A stretch of 58,935 bases of DNA from Octopus bimaculoides. Taxonomy: Eukaryota. A program made the translations under genes and the position numbers. The stretch is taken from assembly GCF_001194135.2 (NCBI RefSeq), contig NC_069000.1, forward strand, positions 13,863,776 to 13,922,710, written 5' to 3'. Below, piece after piece: positions 25,690-39,108 of this stretch (position 1 is its first letter; every line of letters starts with the position of its first letter). The notes under the pieces were generated by a model that was given only the letters and a program-made list of their open reading frames with translations, was not told where the DNA came from and ran no database searches.

Positions 25690-26030
25690 TGGATAAAGTA
25701 CGCAGTGGAAGGGCCATGCATGTTTCAACAAGATCCAGCACCTTCTCAAAATGCGCACGTATCCGAAGAATGGATGTCAAACAATCTTTACGATCATGAA
25801 ACAAACAAATCTGGGGCCTCAAAAACTCGTCAGCTTTAAAATCTTGTGGACCACGACGTTCAAAGTATGTTGGAAGGGAGACGCCCTAACAATTCTATAG
25901 TTTCACCTAATTGTTACTAATATCCAACTGACGTCTGAAATGAACAAGGACTGTTCAGTGCTGGCATGTCAACGATTCCAATCCTGCATTGATGCAATCA
26001 TTGAAGCTGAAGGCCTATCGAGGACATGCG
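25690..26030 (+). pseudogene. Tc1/mariner-superfamily transposase C-terminal remnant
   Basis: Fragments FQQDPAPSQNAHVSEEWMSNNLYDH and ACQRFQSCIDAIIEAEG; stops and frameshifts. Confidence 0.75.
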
Positions 26031-26954
26031 CTCAAATATTTTTTTTATTAAAATACATTTGGCGGGTCTTTTTTAATTTCTTCCAACCATTCGCATATTC
26101 TCAAATTTTCTGTTTGTTATCATGTCAACTCCAGCCTATCCACGGAACCATAAACAAATTTTTGAAAATCAAAGCAGAAAGAGGACCGTAAAAATTTAAT
26201 GAAAGACTATAAGAAAACATGAATTTTTGAAACCGAAAACATTACGAAACCTTGAATTCTGAAAAAAAAAAAAAAAAATGAATAAAATAATTTTTTCGGA
26301 TTTCTCTAAAAGAAATTAATTAAAGAAAACAATAATGAAATTAATTAGAGAAAACAATAAGGAAATGAATTTATTTCAGTTTTTTTTAATATATATATAA
26401 TGGAATACAATGAAAGAAACGGAATGTAATGAAAAATTTGGCGAGAGATTGCAATTGTTGTACCTGTGATGCGGTATTGTTGTAAGTGGGTCTCCTTTTA
26501 TCATAGTTATATTCAATGACAGCTGACTTAACTACAACCAGGCTTTCAAAATACAAATGTTACAAATTATTCTACTAAACCAATTTCTATTATTCAAGGA
26601 TAAAATGTTTAAATGCTGTCTCGTAGTTATTGCAGTTCAATTTTGGAGGCGGGGAAAAGAAAAAGTTCCATTACTCATGGCAAATATGCAAAAAAAAGGA
26701 AAATGTAGAATTAGATTAGAACTAAAATAGCTAGAATTTTCTTCGTTACATTCAGAAAAAATTTTCCACCATAACGTAAATACCATCAAATTTTTGATAA
26801 TTATACAATGAAACTTTCATAATCAACTACACATCGCTTAGTGCATATGAACACATCTACACAATTTAGAACAGTTTAGAATTTGTCATATGTCAATAGA
26901 AAAAAATAGTTAAATAAAAAGTGGTGTTACCATAAGTTTATCCACCCCTACATA

Positions 26955-27379
26955 CAGCACTGGATTAACCATAAAGCAAAATAAGCACGTGCTTAGGGCA
27001 TCAAGGGAAGGAAGGGGAACCACAGAAATGGTAAATGGTCTACAGCACAACAAAAGAAATCACTTTAAACTTGCTAAAATAATATTTGGGATGCCTTTAT
27101 CTATATTAAGTATAGATGCAGATGTGTTACCTAAGATTAATTTTGAGGATCTGATCAAAGACTTTGCAATTCAAAAATGTAGGAGGAAACTTTTCAAATA
27201 GAAATAAAGTGGAACTAGACAATAATAAACATTATTTTCCCTCTTACTGTTTTGTTTCATTTAGAAAAATAAAAATTTATTTTATGGTTATTGTTTATAT
27301 GTTGAATTTCATAATCTTTTATGGGAGCACCAAAATCTTTTAAGTGCTTAGGGCCTCGATGGGTCTTAATCTGGCCCTG
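26955..27379 (+). mobile_element. Non-autonomous hAT element retaining the transposase C-terminal tail
   Basis: Perfect 8-bp TSD cctacata (26947-54, 27380-87); imperfect TIR cagcactggattaacc / ggtcttaatctggccctg; LSILSIDADVLPKINFEDLIKDFAIQKCRRK. Confidence 0.88.
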
Positions 27380-27388
27380 CCTACATAC

Positions 27389-27430
<42 letters not shown>

Positions 27431-27910
27431 CATTTTATCTAGTTTCACCTCATGAGCTGTGGCCATGCTGGGGCACCATACACACACACACACACTGCCA
27501 CTTCATAGGTTACAACAATTTTTCCAGTTGATCCAATCAACAGAATAGCATGCTCATGCAATTAATGTGAAAGTGGCCGAGTACTCCACGATCATGCATA
27601 TGCTTCTTGTAGGTCTCAAGGAGATTCAGTGTGACAAAATGTGACAAGGCTGGCCCTTTTGAATTACTGGTACAACTCATTTTCACCAGCTGACTGAACT
27701 AGAGCAATGTGAAATAAAGCGTCTTGCTCAAGGACACACCATACCACTGGGAATTTAACTCACAACCTGGTGATCACGAGTTGAATACCCTAACTGGTAA
27801 GCCACACGCCTTATATATATGTGTGTATATATGTGTGTGTATATGTATACACACACATATATGTATATATACACACAGACACACATACATACATACATAC
27901 ATACATACAT

Positions 27911-28278
27911 GGTGGTGGTTGTCTACTCCTTACACAGAGTTTGACCACCTCCTGTACCTACACCTTAGCCCTTTCATGGCGTCTGATGTGGCTTTTTAAA
28001 CCAGACAGTGTTTTGAAAAAACACCCACACAGATTGCACCTCTGATTTGCACTACCAATACCTGCAGGTAAGTTCTGTTCATTGTGGATCCTAACATGTC
28101 TTTTAAGACCCCCATTGGATTTGCAAGCCCTCTGGCACACACCACATTCAAACGTGTGCACAGACATATAACCAGAATAGCTGGTTGAAGTTTGTTTTCC
28201 ATGGGTTCACAGGTGAGATTTGGGGCCCGCCAAAGACAGGCATGGTCTGTCATAGACTGTGCACACAAAAAGGTCCTT
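27911..28278 (-). mobile_element. 5'-truncated LINE (RTE-type) 3' end encoding three C2H2 zinc fingers
   Basis: One frame: FVCTVYDRPCLSLAGPKSHL*TH (stop 28207-09), FECGVCQRACKSNGGLKRHVRIH, RCNLCGCFFKTLSGLKSHIRRH, TAG at 27958. Then a short UTR and (ACC)n. The LINE assignment is inference. Confidence 0.6.
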
Positions 28279-28421
28279 GTTATTCACCTTCTCAATCTAT
28301 ACATACATGTAGCACATCCTCATCACTCTCCTCATTACTTGCATTATCACCACTATTACAAGTGCCATGTTCCAAGATTCCACCTCAAACTGTTTAATTC
28401 TTTTCTTTTCTTTGTCTGCAG

Positions 28422-28543
28422 GAGGTGCTTCTCTTGACCTGAATACAGTTGCACCGAAGCCATATCGCTGGATTTCCGATATAACCTGGTTGAATCTTGT
28501 AGAGTTGAGTAATTTGCCTCAGTTTTCAGCTATTTTGGAACAG
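28422..28543 (+). CDS. DNAH5: Dynein heavy chain, exon 4 of 11 (on opposite strand)
   Basis: [43 protein letters not shown] (48865) + GA gives Gly, reading FIKGGASLDL. ctgcag acceptor, GTAAT donor. Confidence 0.93.
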
Positions 28544-30831
28544 GTAATCTTTAGCAATTTCTATATTGTTATACTAAATATTTAGCATAAATAGTCTGGT
28601 TACATTATAAAAGGCACTGGTGCTGGTGCCACATAAAACTCACTGATGATGGTGCCATGTAAAAATCACTGGTGCTGGTTCCACATGAAAGGACTGGTGA
28701 TAGTGTCATGTAAAAAGCACCCAGTACACTTTGTGAAGTGATTGGCATTAGGAAAAGCATTCAGGCATAGAAACCAAGCAAAAACAAACAGACTATGGAA
28801 CCTGGTATGACCCCTGGCCTTGCCAGTTCCTGTCAACCCATCCAACCTATGACAGCATGGAAAATGGATGTTTGATATTGATGATGATAATGATGGAGAT
28901 GATGATGATAAACTAAAGTTGCATGAAGCAATGTAGAAAAAAATATATTGATGTAAAGTCATATTTAATACACTCGAGGGATACTCAGATATAGGGAAGC
29001 CTTTTGCTGTGCAAATAGGTTTGGAAGAAAATTCTCCTCCTTGATGACAGGTGTGAAAATATGTTAGGCTGTGAATGACTCACTGAATTGTAGGGATGTA
29101 TGCATTTCTGTGTTGTTATGCGTCATCAGTTATGAAATCTTCCTTTCACTATCTGAAAAGAATGGTTTGCTCTTATGTAAGAGCACAAATACTTGATAAG
29201 TACAAACAAATCATCCTTGCAGGGAGGGAAGCGATAGGAAGGAGGAGGAAGAAGAGGAGAAGAAGAAGAATTTGAAGAAGAAGAACTTTCTTATAAATAG
29301 CAGAAAAATCTACCTCAGCCTTAATAACATTCGACAATGTAGCCTCAGATCCCTAGTGTCTGAATACTTGTAAGTTTTCTCCACTAGACTCAAAAACAAC
29401 AGCAGTAGTAATAGTAACAACAATGAAGTAGTAGTAGTAGCATTAGCAGCAATAGTAGTAATAGTTTATATCATAAATAACATGTAAGAGACAAAGTTGA
29501 AGGGAAGAAATTAAATTTAAGTATATTAGGAGTGTACGTGAAGAATACTTTATGATGTTCCTTTTTTCAGTCTGTGTACATGTGTATGTATGTATATGTG
29601 TATGTATGTATGTATGTGTGTGTGTGTGGGGGGGGGGCTACATCACAGATCAAAGTGATAACAAAATCAACTGATTAATTAGATAAGAGGAAGAAGCAGG
29701 AAAATAACTGCATAAATGTGAGTCACTGTTAGAGAGCTGGCGGTGGATAAAGACAAAGCTGTAAGGGTGGGGGTGGTAATTTATGAAGACAAGGGACTAA
29801 TGAATGGAAAGAAGAAAAAAAAAAATTTAATGATTAGATAAGATATTGGTATAAAAACTTTGATAAGTTCTGTAGTGAGGTCAATGAGCAAGTAAGCGGT
29901 GGTGGAAAGTAGTTTGATAAAATGATAATGAATATTTAGTTTGATGTAGTGAAGTGAAGTGCAGGTGTAGATTCAGTTAAAAGAAATTTATGTAGACAGC
30001 CAGCAAGAGTTTAAATTGGCATTACAGGAAAATGGTTTCATCATCATCATCATTATCATATAAGGTCTGTTTTCCACGCTGGCATGGGTTGGATGGTTTT
30101 GACAAGAGCTTGAAAGGCCATGAGTCATACCAGTCTGTTTTGGCGTGGTTTTTACAGCTGGATACCCTTCCTAATGCCAAACACTTCACAGAGTGTACTG
30201 GGTGCTTTTTGCATGGCACAATCACCAGTGCTATTTACGTGGCACCAGAGAAAGTTCTGATGGATATATGTTAATTGTGGTGTGGATCCTAGATCCACAT
30301 GTGCCAATTGTAACTGAGAGTAAAACTAAGTGAGGTTGGTTACAAGTTAGTTAAAGTTAGTAGGTTGGTAGATTTTGTTGTGGTGTTGATGTAAAATACT
30401 TATATCAATAAAAGAGTTGTGTAAGAATAAGATTAAGTGTGAAAGAGTGTAATAAGGGAGCAAGATTAGTAGGAATTATAATGAAAATTATTAAAAGGAG
30501 ATAAATAAATTTAATCTGCAAGCAAAGATTGCAGATAGAGGCAGAATTTGAATTTACAGTGGATATCTTTTCAGGATTCTATTTGTACAAAAAGAAAATC
30601 CGTTTTTGATATTTGTTAAAAAGATGTCCTTTGGTAAGAAAAATATAGATGTTCTCAGATGTACATAATTTACAAGGTCTTTGTTCTTAGACAAGATGCT
30701 CCATTTGAAGCAGGATAATGAAGTTTTATTATTATTTCTATTAGGAATTAGCAAGTAATAATCATTGCTTTTATATGGTGATGATGATGATACAAATTGT
30801 ATTTCTTAATTTCATGTCATTTGATTGGTAG

Positions 30832-31153
30832 GTCACCAGGAACGAAAAGCAGTGGAAAGCTTGGTTTGACAAACGATGTCCTGAAGAAGAAATGATTCCA
30901 GATGGTTACAGTACATCACTGGATACTTTCCGGTGTCTGCTGCTGGTTCGTTGCTGGTGTCCTGACCGTACATTACCACAAGCAAGAAATTATATTGCTG
31001 ATACACTTGGTGATGTATACGCTGAAGGTGTCATTCTTGATTTGGCAAAAGTGTGGGAAGAAAGTGATAGCCGTACACCATTAGTTGGAATGCTTTCAAT
31101 GGGAGCAGACCCCAGTAGTAATATCGAAGCGCTTGCTAAGAAACATAAGATTG
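30832..31153 (+). CDS. DNAH5: Dynein heavy chain, exon 5 of 11 (on opposite strand)
   Basis: [13 protein letters not shown]...[20 protein letters not shown]...[21 protein letters not shown]. Phase 0 in, phase 1 out; GTAAG donor. Confidence 0.95.
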
Positions 31154-32059
31154 GTAAGCCTTTGAACTTTAGATGTTATATAATAAAATCTGTATAACAA
31201 ATGACCATACAAAATTTTGGCTTTTTCCAGTTCATTGAACTTAGTTTTCCTACAAAGATAAATGACTATTTGGCCAATTCCTTCATGTGCTGGCTTTAGA
31301 TTTCACTTTAGTACCCCTGTACTGCTTAGTGCATAGGGCACCAAGATTCCTCCACCAAATTCACATCATGGCTACTCTTGCACATCCATTCCATGCAATG
31401 TTGACTGTCTTTGACTTGACTTTGTGTTGCAATGTTGACTGTAATCTTAAAATGTCTGCCACCAACTGTTCTTTGGCTTTTCCTTTTTATGTCTGGTGAC
31501 AAGTGGTGCGCAAACAGTAGTAAAGGTTTGACTATTTGGTAAATTTGACCCCACCCCTGCGCCTCCTTTTTCCAAACAAAAATAATGGGTTTCCGGCATA
31601 TTAGGAGGTCAGGGTACTTGATTCCACGCAAAAAATCTGAATCATTATTTTCCGTAGTGAAAATCGTGCGGGTGAAAGCATCGAAATTTACCTACTATTC
31701 TTTTCAGCAACTTTTGAAGGTGCTTCATTAAGCAAAGGTAATTGCAACTATCCTTAACCTGTCAAACAATTGTACTGTATTACCATTTGCTGAGTGAGTC
31801 TTTCTTTGTTCTCAGCTCCATCATAGGCTTTCATTTGTGTGAACTCCATAAGACATTTTTCTAATTTCTTTTACGGTTTATTGACCTCCTTTCCATTTCT
31901 GTTTTGTTTAGGTCCTGTAAATTCTAAGTAATGCATCACTGTTCTAGTTACAAACTTTCAACATCCTCAGAGAGCGCTATATTCTGTGTATCCTACTGCT
32001 TTGTATTATCTTCTCATGAACTCATTCACTTTTATATTTTCCTTCTTCCAAACATGAAA

Positions 32060-32412
32060 GTGTATGGCTCAGTGGTTACAGTGCCAGGCTCACAATCATG
32101 AAGTACTGAGTTTGATTCCCAGACCGGGCTGTGTGTGTTGTGTTCTTGAGCAAGACACTTTATTTCATGTTGCTCCAGTTCACTCAGCTGTAAAAATGAG
32201 TTACAACATCACTAGTGCCAAGTTGTATCCGCCTTTGCCTTTCCCTTGGGTAGTATCAATGGTGTGGAGATGGGGGGGGGGGCAGGTATGCATGGGCAGA
32301 CTACTGGTCTTCCATAAACAACCCTGCCCAGAGTTGTGCCTCGGAGGGTAACTTTCTAGGTGCAATCCTATGGTCATTCATGACCAAAGAGGTTTTTTAC
32401 CCTTTACCCTGT
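32060..32412 (+). mobile_element. tRNA-derived SINE family F ending in tttaccc repeats (second copy 36095-36432)
   Basis: atggctcagtggtta...gagtttgattcccagaccgggctgtgtgtgttgtgttcttgagcaag shared between copies. Confidence 0.8.
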
Positions 32413-33848
32413 CCCATAAAATGAGTGCTACAGATGTCTTGGTAGTGATGTAAATTTATTATACAAAGATGTACAAAAAGACAGTGACCAAGACACATTC
32501 TCAGTTATCATTTTACATTATTACCTCTGCCTTAGCAAAGGTGGACGTATTGTTTTCAGTTGTGTTTCTTTGTTTGTTTGTCCATGGACAAGATATCTCA
32601 AGAACCGCTGGATGGATTTTGATGAAACTTTCAGGGATGTTTGGCCTCGTGACTGGCATGAGCTGATTAGATTTTGGGATTGATCTGGCACTGGACAAGG
32701 ATTCTGGATTATTTTTCCGTTTTTTTAAATTCAATTTTTCAGAGTAGTTGGGTTCATTTTTAGTATTCTTGTTTGTGAGAGCAGTCGAGTTTATTTCAGA
32801 TATTCTCATTTTAAAAGTCATCTCCGGCTAATCGTTGGGAGGACATTGGTGTTGCCTTGATGGAGGTTTGTGCTCTCTGAGTGCACTTGTTAATAATGAG
32901 TTTAAGGCAGTGAGCTGGCAAAATTGTTAGCACACCAGGTAAAATACTTAGCAGTGAGAAAACTCCACTGCTACCCACTGACCTCGATGACCTTAAACAC
33001 TGAACAACAACAGCAATTAACTCAGTGTATTGTGATATGATGATGTGCATCTGGGAGGAATTCTGCAGGTGGTCGCCAGATCAAATACTTGTAAGAGAAG
33101 AGATAAATGTTGATTGTGAGTAAATACTTGTGACTTAGCTGGAGTATTCTATTGCTTTTCCATATTAAAATATTGCCTGATGAAATCAGTTCATTTTTTT
33201 TTTAATTACCCTGTATTATAAATTCACATTTCTATCTTGGTTTAATGACTAAGAGTCAATACAATGATCGTGAAAAATTTGGGTTTTTAATGTATGACAA
33301 AAGATCATTTAATGTTTTCTGCCAATCCAGGCTGTAAGCAAAAAGGTAGAAGTATGAAATACTCTTCTGAATTTTAACATCGCACTTCATCTGTACTTGA
33401 TATTTCCTGAAGGGAGTTTGTTTTTATTTTAGAAATCAGCTTTAACGTTATAGGATGTTTTCTGTTTATTATTTTTTTTTTAGATATGCATACACACATG
33501 CATGTGTCCACACACACACATGTACATGTGCACACACACACACACAAATATATATATATATATACAAGCACATATCAATTCAAATACATACATACGTTTC
33601 AGATGTACGCACACAGACCACACCACACACACATTTATGCTTACAAAAACATCAATTCAGACATACACGTAAAGATATTCGTGCATGCACACACACACAC
33701 ACAGACACTTGTACACAACAGACACACTCTCACAAGTATTTTGCAAAAAGATACACATCAATTCACACACACACACACATACACACATACACACAAGAGT
33801 TCTTACAATATTTTCTGATGTTTATACATAAGTCTTATTTTCTTTTAG

Positions 33849-34075
33849 AGTGTCGTGCCTTATCAATGGGCCAAGGGCAAGAAGTACATGCACGCAGGTT
33901 GCTCCATCAGGGCTTCCAACAAGGAGGTTGGCTACTGCTACAGAACTGCCATTTAAGTCTTGATTTCTTAACAGAAATCGTTGAGACAGTTTTGGAAACA
34001 GAAAATGTGAACTCGCAATTTCGTCTTTGGGTTACCACCGAAGTCCACCAAAAATTTCTTATAAATCTGTTGCAG
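33849..34075 (+). CDS. DNAH5: Dynein heavy chain, exon 6 of 11, AAA6 (on opposite strand)
   Basis: AG-CRALSMGQGQEVHARRLL...GGWLLLQNCHL...FRLWVTTEVHQKFLINLLQ. Canonical AAA6 motifs SMGQGQ and LQNCHL. Confidence 0.95.
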
Positions 34076-34322
34076 GTAATTATTGATTATTTATGGTAGT
34101 TCTGATCCTAGAAATATATATATATATAAATATAGGCACAGGAGTGGCTGTTTGATAAGTAGTTGTAAGTGTGGTAAGTAGCTTGCTTACCAACCACATG
34201 GTTTCAGGTTCAGTCCCACTGCGTGGCCACCTTGGGCAAGTGTCATCTATTATAGCCTCGGGCTATAGTGGATTTGGTAGACAGAAACTGAAAGAAGCCC
34301 ATCGTATATATATATATATATC

Positions 34323-34353
<31 letters not shown>

Positions 34354-34414
34354 GCTTGTGTGTCTGTGTTTGTCCCCCCACCATCGCTTGACAACTGATG
34401 TTGGTGTGTTTATG

Positions 34415-34588
34415 TAACATATATGTATGTATTTTTGTATATATATATATATATATATACGTATATATATATGTATATATATGTATATATACATACATAT
34501 ATATATATATATGTATATATATGTATATATACATACATATACATATGCATATATATATGTATATATACATACATATGTATGTATATAT

Positions 34589-34629
<41 letters not shown>

Positions 34630-34639
34630 NNNNNNNNNN

Positions 34640-34673
<34 letters not shown>

Positions 34674-34690
34674 CCACACGCACACACACA
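34415..34690. repeat. Compound (TA)/(CA) microsatellite (representative of many)
   Basis: Direct reading; contains a 10-N gap. Confidence 0.95.
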
Positions 34691-35393
34691 TTTATATCAT
34701 GTGATTAATAGAAAATATCAGCATTTCGGGAACAATTGAATATCTTGTCCTTAAATCTCTAAATCTCTAAAAATATACACACCATTTAATGTTCTGCCTA
34801 TGCCATTATGGCATGAAACTATCCTTGAAATTTGTTTCGAGATTCCTACTGACGTGAGATCAGAGGAAATGTACCAGCTAACGTAGATATGTCCGGAACA
34901 CTTGAATATATTGTCACTCACAGATAACATTGTTATGCATATATCATTGGGACAGTTTGGCTGTGTAGCAAGTAGTTCAGGAGCATAAGTTTCTGGGTTC
35001 ACTCCTACTGCATGGCACCTTGGGTGAATGTCTTCTACTTGAACCTTGAGGCAACCAAGGCCTTCTGAATGGATTTGGTGGATGGAAACTGAAAGAAGCC
35101 TGTCAAATATACATATTTATATATATATATGTCTGTGTGTGCATGTGCTTTTGTGTCTCTGTCTGTCCCCCACCATTGTTTGTCAATTGGTGTTAGTCTG
35201 TTTACATCCTCATAACATAGTGGTTCGGCAATAGAGAGCAATGGAATAAGCACCAGGCTTAAAAATAATTACTGGTGTCAGTTCATTTGATGAAAGTTTT
35301 TCAAAGTGGTGCCCCAGCATAGCCACAGTCTAATGGCTGAGACAAGTAAAAGATGAAATATAAAAGATATGTATAAAGTATTTTGTGTGTGTG

Positions 35394-35432
<39 letters not shown>

Positions 35433-35433
35433 A

Positions 35434-35464
<31 letters not shown>

Positions 35465-37140
35465 TTCCCTGTCTATCTGTCTGTCTCTCTTTCTCATGAT
35501 GGATAAATAATAGTTTCAGATGCTGACACAAAGCCAGCCATTTCGGGTGATGGTATAAGTGTCGATTACATCACCCCACCCCCCTCAATATGCAACTGGT
35601 ACCTATTTTATCAACCATGGAAAAATGAAAACCAAAGTTGACCTCAGCAGAATTTGAGCTGAGACTGTAAAGATGTACAAAATGCTGCTAAGCATCTTAA
35701 CCCCGCTTACTTAATGAACCTGCCAGCTTGCTCCCTTTGGGGAATAAACAATATCAGTAAATTTTCCAACTTTGTTATATTTTGTTATATATATGTTATA
35801 TATATGCCAAATCAGACTGGAGCCTGGTGTTGCCATCCGGTTTCACCAGTCCTCAGTCAAATCGTCCAACCCATGCTAGCATGGAAAGCGGACGTTAAAC
35901 GATGATGATGATGATGATGATATGTGTGTGTTTGTGTTTGAGTCATTATGAAAATATTATTATGTGAAATGAGACGATGTAAAAACTGATAGTTTTTCCA
36001 GTGAGTGACAAGGTCATCCAGCAATGTAATATTTGGTAAAAACAACCTACTTTGTTTCTGCTGCTACAGCTGTAGTTTTTTTTACATGGTTTGTGGAGGC
36101 ACATGGCTCAGAGGTTAGAGCATCAGGTTCACAGTCATGAAGTAGTGAGTTTGATTCCCAGACTGGGCTGTGTGTGTTGTGTTCTTGAGCAAGGCACTTT
36201 ATTTCGCATTGATCCAGTTCATTCCACTGTTGAAATGAGTTGCAACGTCACTGGTGCCAAACTGTATTGGCCTTTGCTTTTCCTTTGGATAGCATTGGTG
36301 GCGTGGAGAAGGGGGGCTGGTATGCATGGGTGACTGTTGGTCTTCCATAAACAACCTTGCTCAGACTTGTGCCTTGGAGAGTAACTTTCAAGATGCAATC
36401 CCATGACCGAAGGGGGTCTTTACCCTTTACCCAGTCAAATGGAATAAGCTGTGTGCATTGTAGTTGCAGGCTCTTTGAGTTTGATGAGATTGATTTGTCT
36501 GATGGTTTTGGTGGAACAAAAAAACATGTTTGATTCTACAGGAACAACTTATGATAATAGATTTCCAGAGGTGTAATACTCCGTAGAAGAACGGTCAGAT
36601 AAAAGTGATTATTTCTGGGTTTGGAAAAGGAAGAAATACTGGAGACAAGAATGGATGAATGGGTGAAGAGAATTTTGGCGAAGGGGTTGCATAATCAGTT
36701 CCGAAGTGCAGTAACCAATCTAGTTGTGATACAAAAGGTGACTTCAAACAAATTAGTCACATTTTTTAAATTTTTTGTTTTTCTTAACTTACTGAAGACC
36801 TAAATTTCATGGCAAAATCTATTACAGAGTTGCAGTAAAAGTACAAAACTAGAAAAACAATTCTGGTCTTCCAAGTTTAAGGCTCAGTAAGACAAACAAA
36901 AAAAACAAAAACACATGTAACTTTGTCAGTTTATATAATGACTTTCTCCCATGATTGTCTAATTGTTTTAATACAATGGATGAAAGACTCAGCGAAAAAC
37001 CACGTAGCATCATGCCGCTGCTACAGTGATCTGAAGCTTGACGCCAAAAACGGTATATTTATTTTGAATTCAAACTATATTAGATCTGTCCTCGCTTTTC
37101 ACCTCCTTGCCTTAAATGATTAATTCAATTTCTCATTATA

Positions 37141-37338
37141 CAAGGGGGTGCTGAAAAGTTCCTGACTTTGTATAAAAGAATATACTGGAGGGTCAGTTAA
37201 TTATGATTTTATTCAACATATTTCCCTCTTAGATTCACTTTCTTATTGCAGCAGTCCTTCAGTTTTTTTAGAAGGTTGGGCCTCAAACCAGGCCTTTCGC
37301 AATACCCTTAAAACCAGGAATTTTTCAGCACCCCCTTG
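37141..37338. mobile_element. Mariner-derived MITE (same family; third copy ~55548-55748 in reverse orientation)
   Basis: TA-caagggggtgctgaaaagttcc...tttttcagcacccccttg-TA. Confidence 0.9.
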
Positions 37339-38036
37339 TACATTTTGTTGTGAAGGTCATTATGCCAGCATAATAACAAACATCAGTTTTATTTCACTTC
37401 TTTAATTATTAGTAGTAAATTAGTTAATCATTTAACCAATTACCTAATCAGTTCTTTGATTAATCGTTCAGTCAATCAATCAATACCCTCTCTGCACTAG
37501 ATCTGGAGCAGAGAGGGAAAGTCATGAAGGGTGATAAAAGGACTTTGACAAATCTGATTGGCAGAACAATTAATCAGACAATTAATTAGTTAATTGGTTA
37601 AATGGCTAATTAATTGTCTAATAATAATAATCCTGTCTACAATAAGCACAAAGCTTGAAATTTTCGGGAGGTGTTTCATTGATTACATCAACTTCAGTGC
37701 TCAACAGGTACTTATTTCGTTGCCTCTGAAAGGATTTCGCAGAATTTGAACTCAGAATGAAATGTTAATAAGCATTTTGTCCAGAACAATAACATTTCTG
37801 CCAGTCCACTGCCTTTAATTGATTAATGATAATAAAAGAAGTGATATAAGACCAGTGTATGTGTTTATTGTAATGACCCTCCCTAGGTACAACAAACTCT
37901 GTTTCAGCATGTTTTCACATTGGGAATCTTGCAAACCAAATGGTAAAACAAAAAATTATAACACACCTCTATTAAAATTGACATGTCTAAGAAATGAATA
38001 TCTTTTTTTTTTTCACATTTTTATTTTATTTTTCAG

Positions 38037-38309
38037 ATATCCATAAAATTCACAAATGAACCACCTCAAGGGATCAAGTCAGGTCTTAAACGATCTTACA
38101 CAGCCCTTTCACAGGATTTTCTTGATGTTACCAACCTACCACAGTGGAAGCCTTTGATTTTTGTTATAGCTTTTCTACATAGCATTGTCCAAGAACGTCG
38201 GAAATTTGGACCACTTGGTTGGAATATTCCTTATGAGTTCAACACTTCGGATTACAATGCCAGCATCCAGTTCATACAGAACCACTTGGATGATATTGAT
38301 ATCCGGAAG
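38037..38309 (+). CDS. DNAH5: Dynein heavy chain, exon 7 of 11 (on opposite strand)
   Basis: [21 protein letters not shown]...[27 protein letters not shown]...IDIRK. 273 nt, AG/GT. Confidence 0.96.
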
Positions 38310-38845
38310 GTAAGCAGTTCATATGAACATCATGTTTTAAGATATATATATAAATATATATATAGGCGCAGGAGTGGCTGTGTGGTAAGTAGCTTGCTTA
38401 CCAACCACATGGTTCTGGGTTCAGTCCCACTGTGTGGCACCTTGGGCAAGTGTCTTCTTCTATAGCCTCAGGCCGACCAAAGCCTTGTGAGTGGATTTGG
38501 TAGGTGGAAACTGAAAGAAGCCCGTCGTATATATGTATATATATGTGTGTGTGTGTGTGTGCATGTTTGTGTGTCTGTGTTTGTCCCCCAACATTGCTTG
38601 ACAACCGATGCTGGTGTGTTTACGTCCCCATAACTTAGTGGTTCGGCAAAAGAGACCGATAAAATAAGTAGTAGGCTTACAAAGAATAAGTCCTGGGGTC
38701 GATTTCTTCGACTAAAGGCGGTGCTCCAGCATGGCCACAGTCAAATGACTGAAACAAGTAAAAGAATAATAAAACTTTCCATAAATATTTAACTTTCAGC
38801 CTAAAATGTATTTCTTACTTTTTTTTTTTCTTTTGTATATCATAG

Positions 38846-39108
38846 GGAGTAAATTGGTCCTGTGTTCGCTACATGATTGGAGAAATTCAATATGGTGGTC
38901 GCGTGACAGATGATTTTGATAAACGCCTCTTAAACACATTTTGCCGGAGTTGGTTTGGAGAAAACATGTTTCAGACAAACTTTGAACTCCATAAAGGCTA
39001 TATAATACCCAAAGGAACTAAGCTGCAAGATTATCTCGATTATATTCAGAGCTTACCAAGTACAGACAGCCCAGAAGTATTTGGGTTACATACAAATGCT
39101 GATATTAC
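38846..39108 (+). CDS. DNAH5: Dynein heavy chain, exon 8 of 11 (on opposite strand)
   Basis: [29 protein letters not shown]...[20 protein letters not shown] donor at 39109, phase 2. Confidence 0.96.

Noticed and set aside
29095-29135. CTGATGA...GAAA on the minus strand (also CTGATGA at 44458 and 33176)
   Set aside because: No convincing stem II or stem I pairing; not callable as hammerheads.
33455-34708. ORFs rich in YI/HT/CV (also 14389, 22385, 41464, 44561, 53183)
   Set aside because: Translations of dinucleotide or GA microsatellites; only 33849-34075 is a real exon.
28422-39108. A second, antisense dynein gene or paralogue nested in an intron
   Set aside because: These exons fill exactly the segment missing from the minus-strand gene with matching phases and no redundancy.
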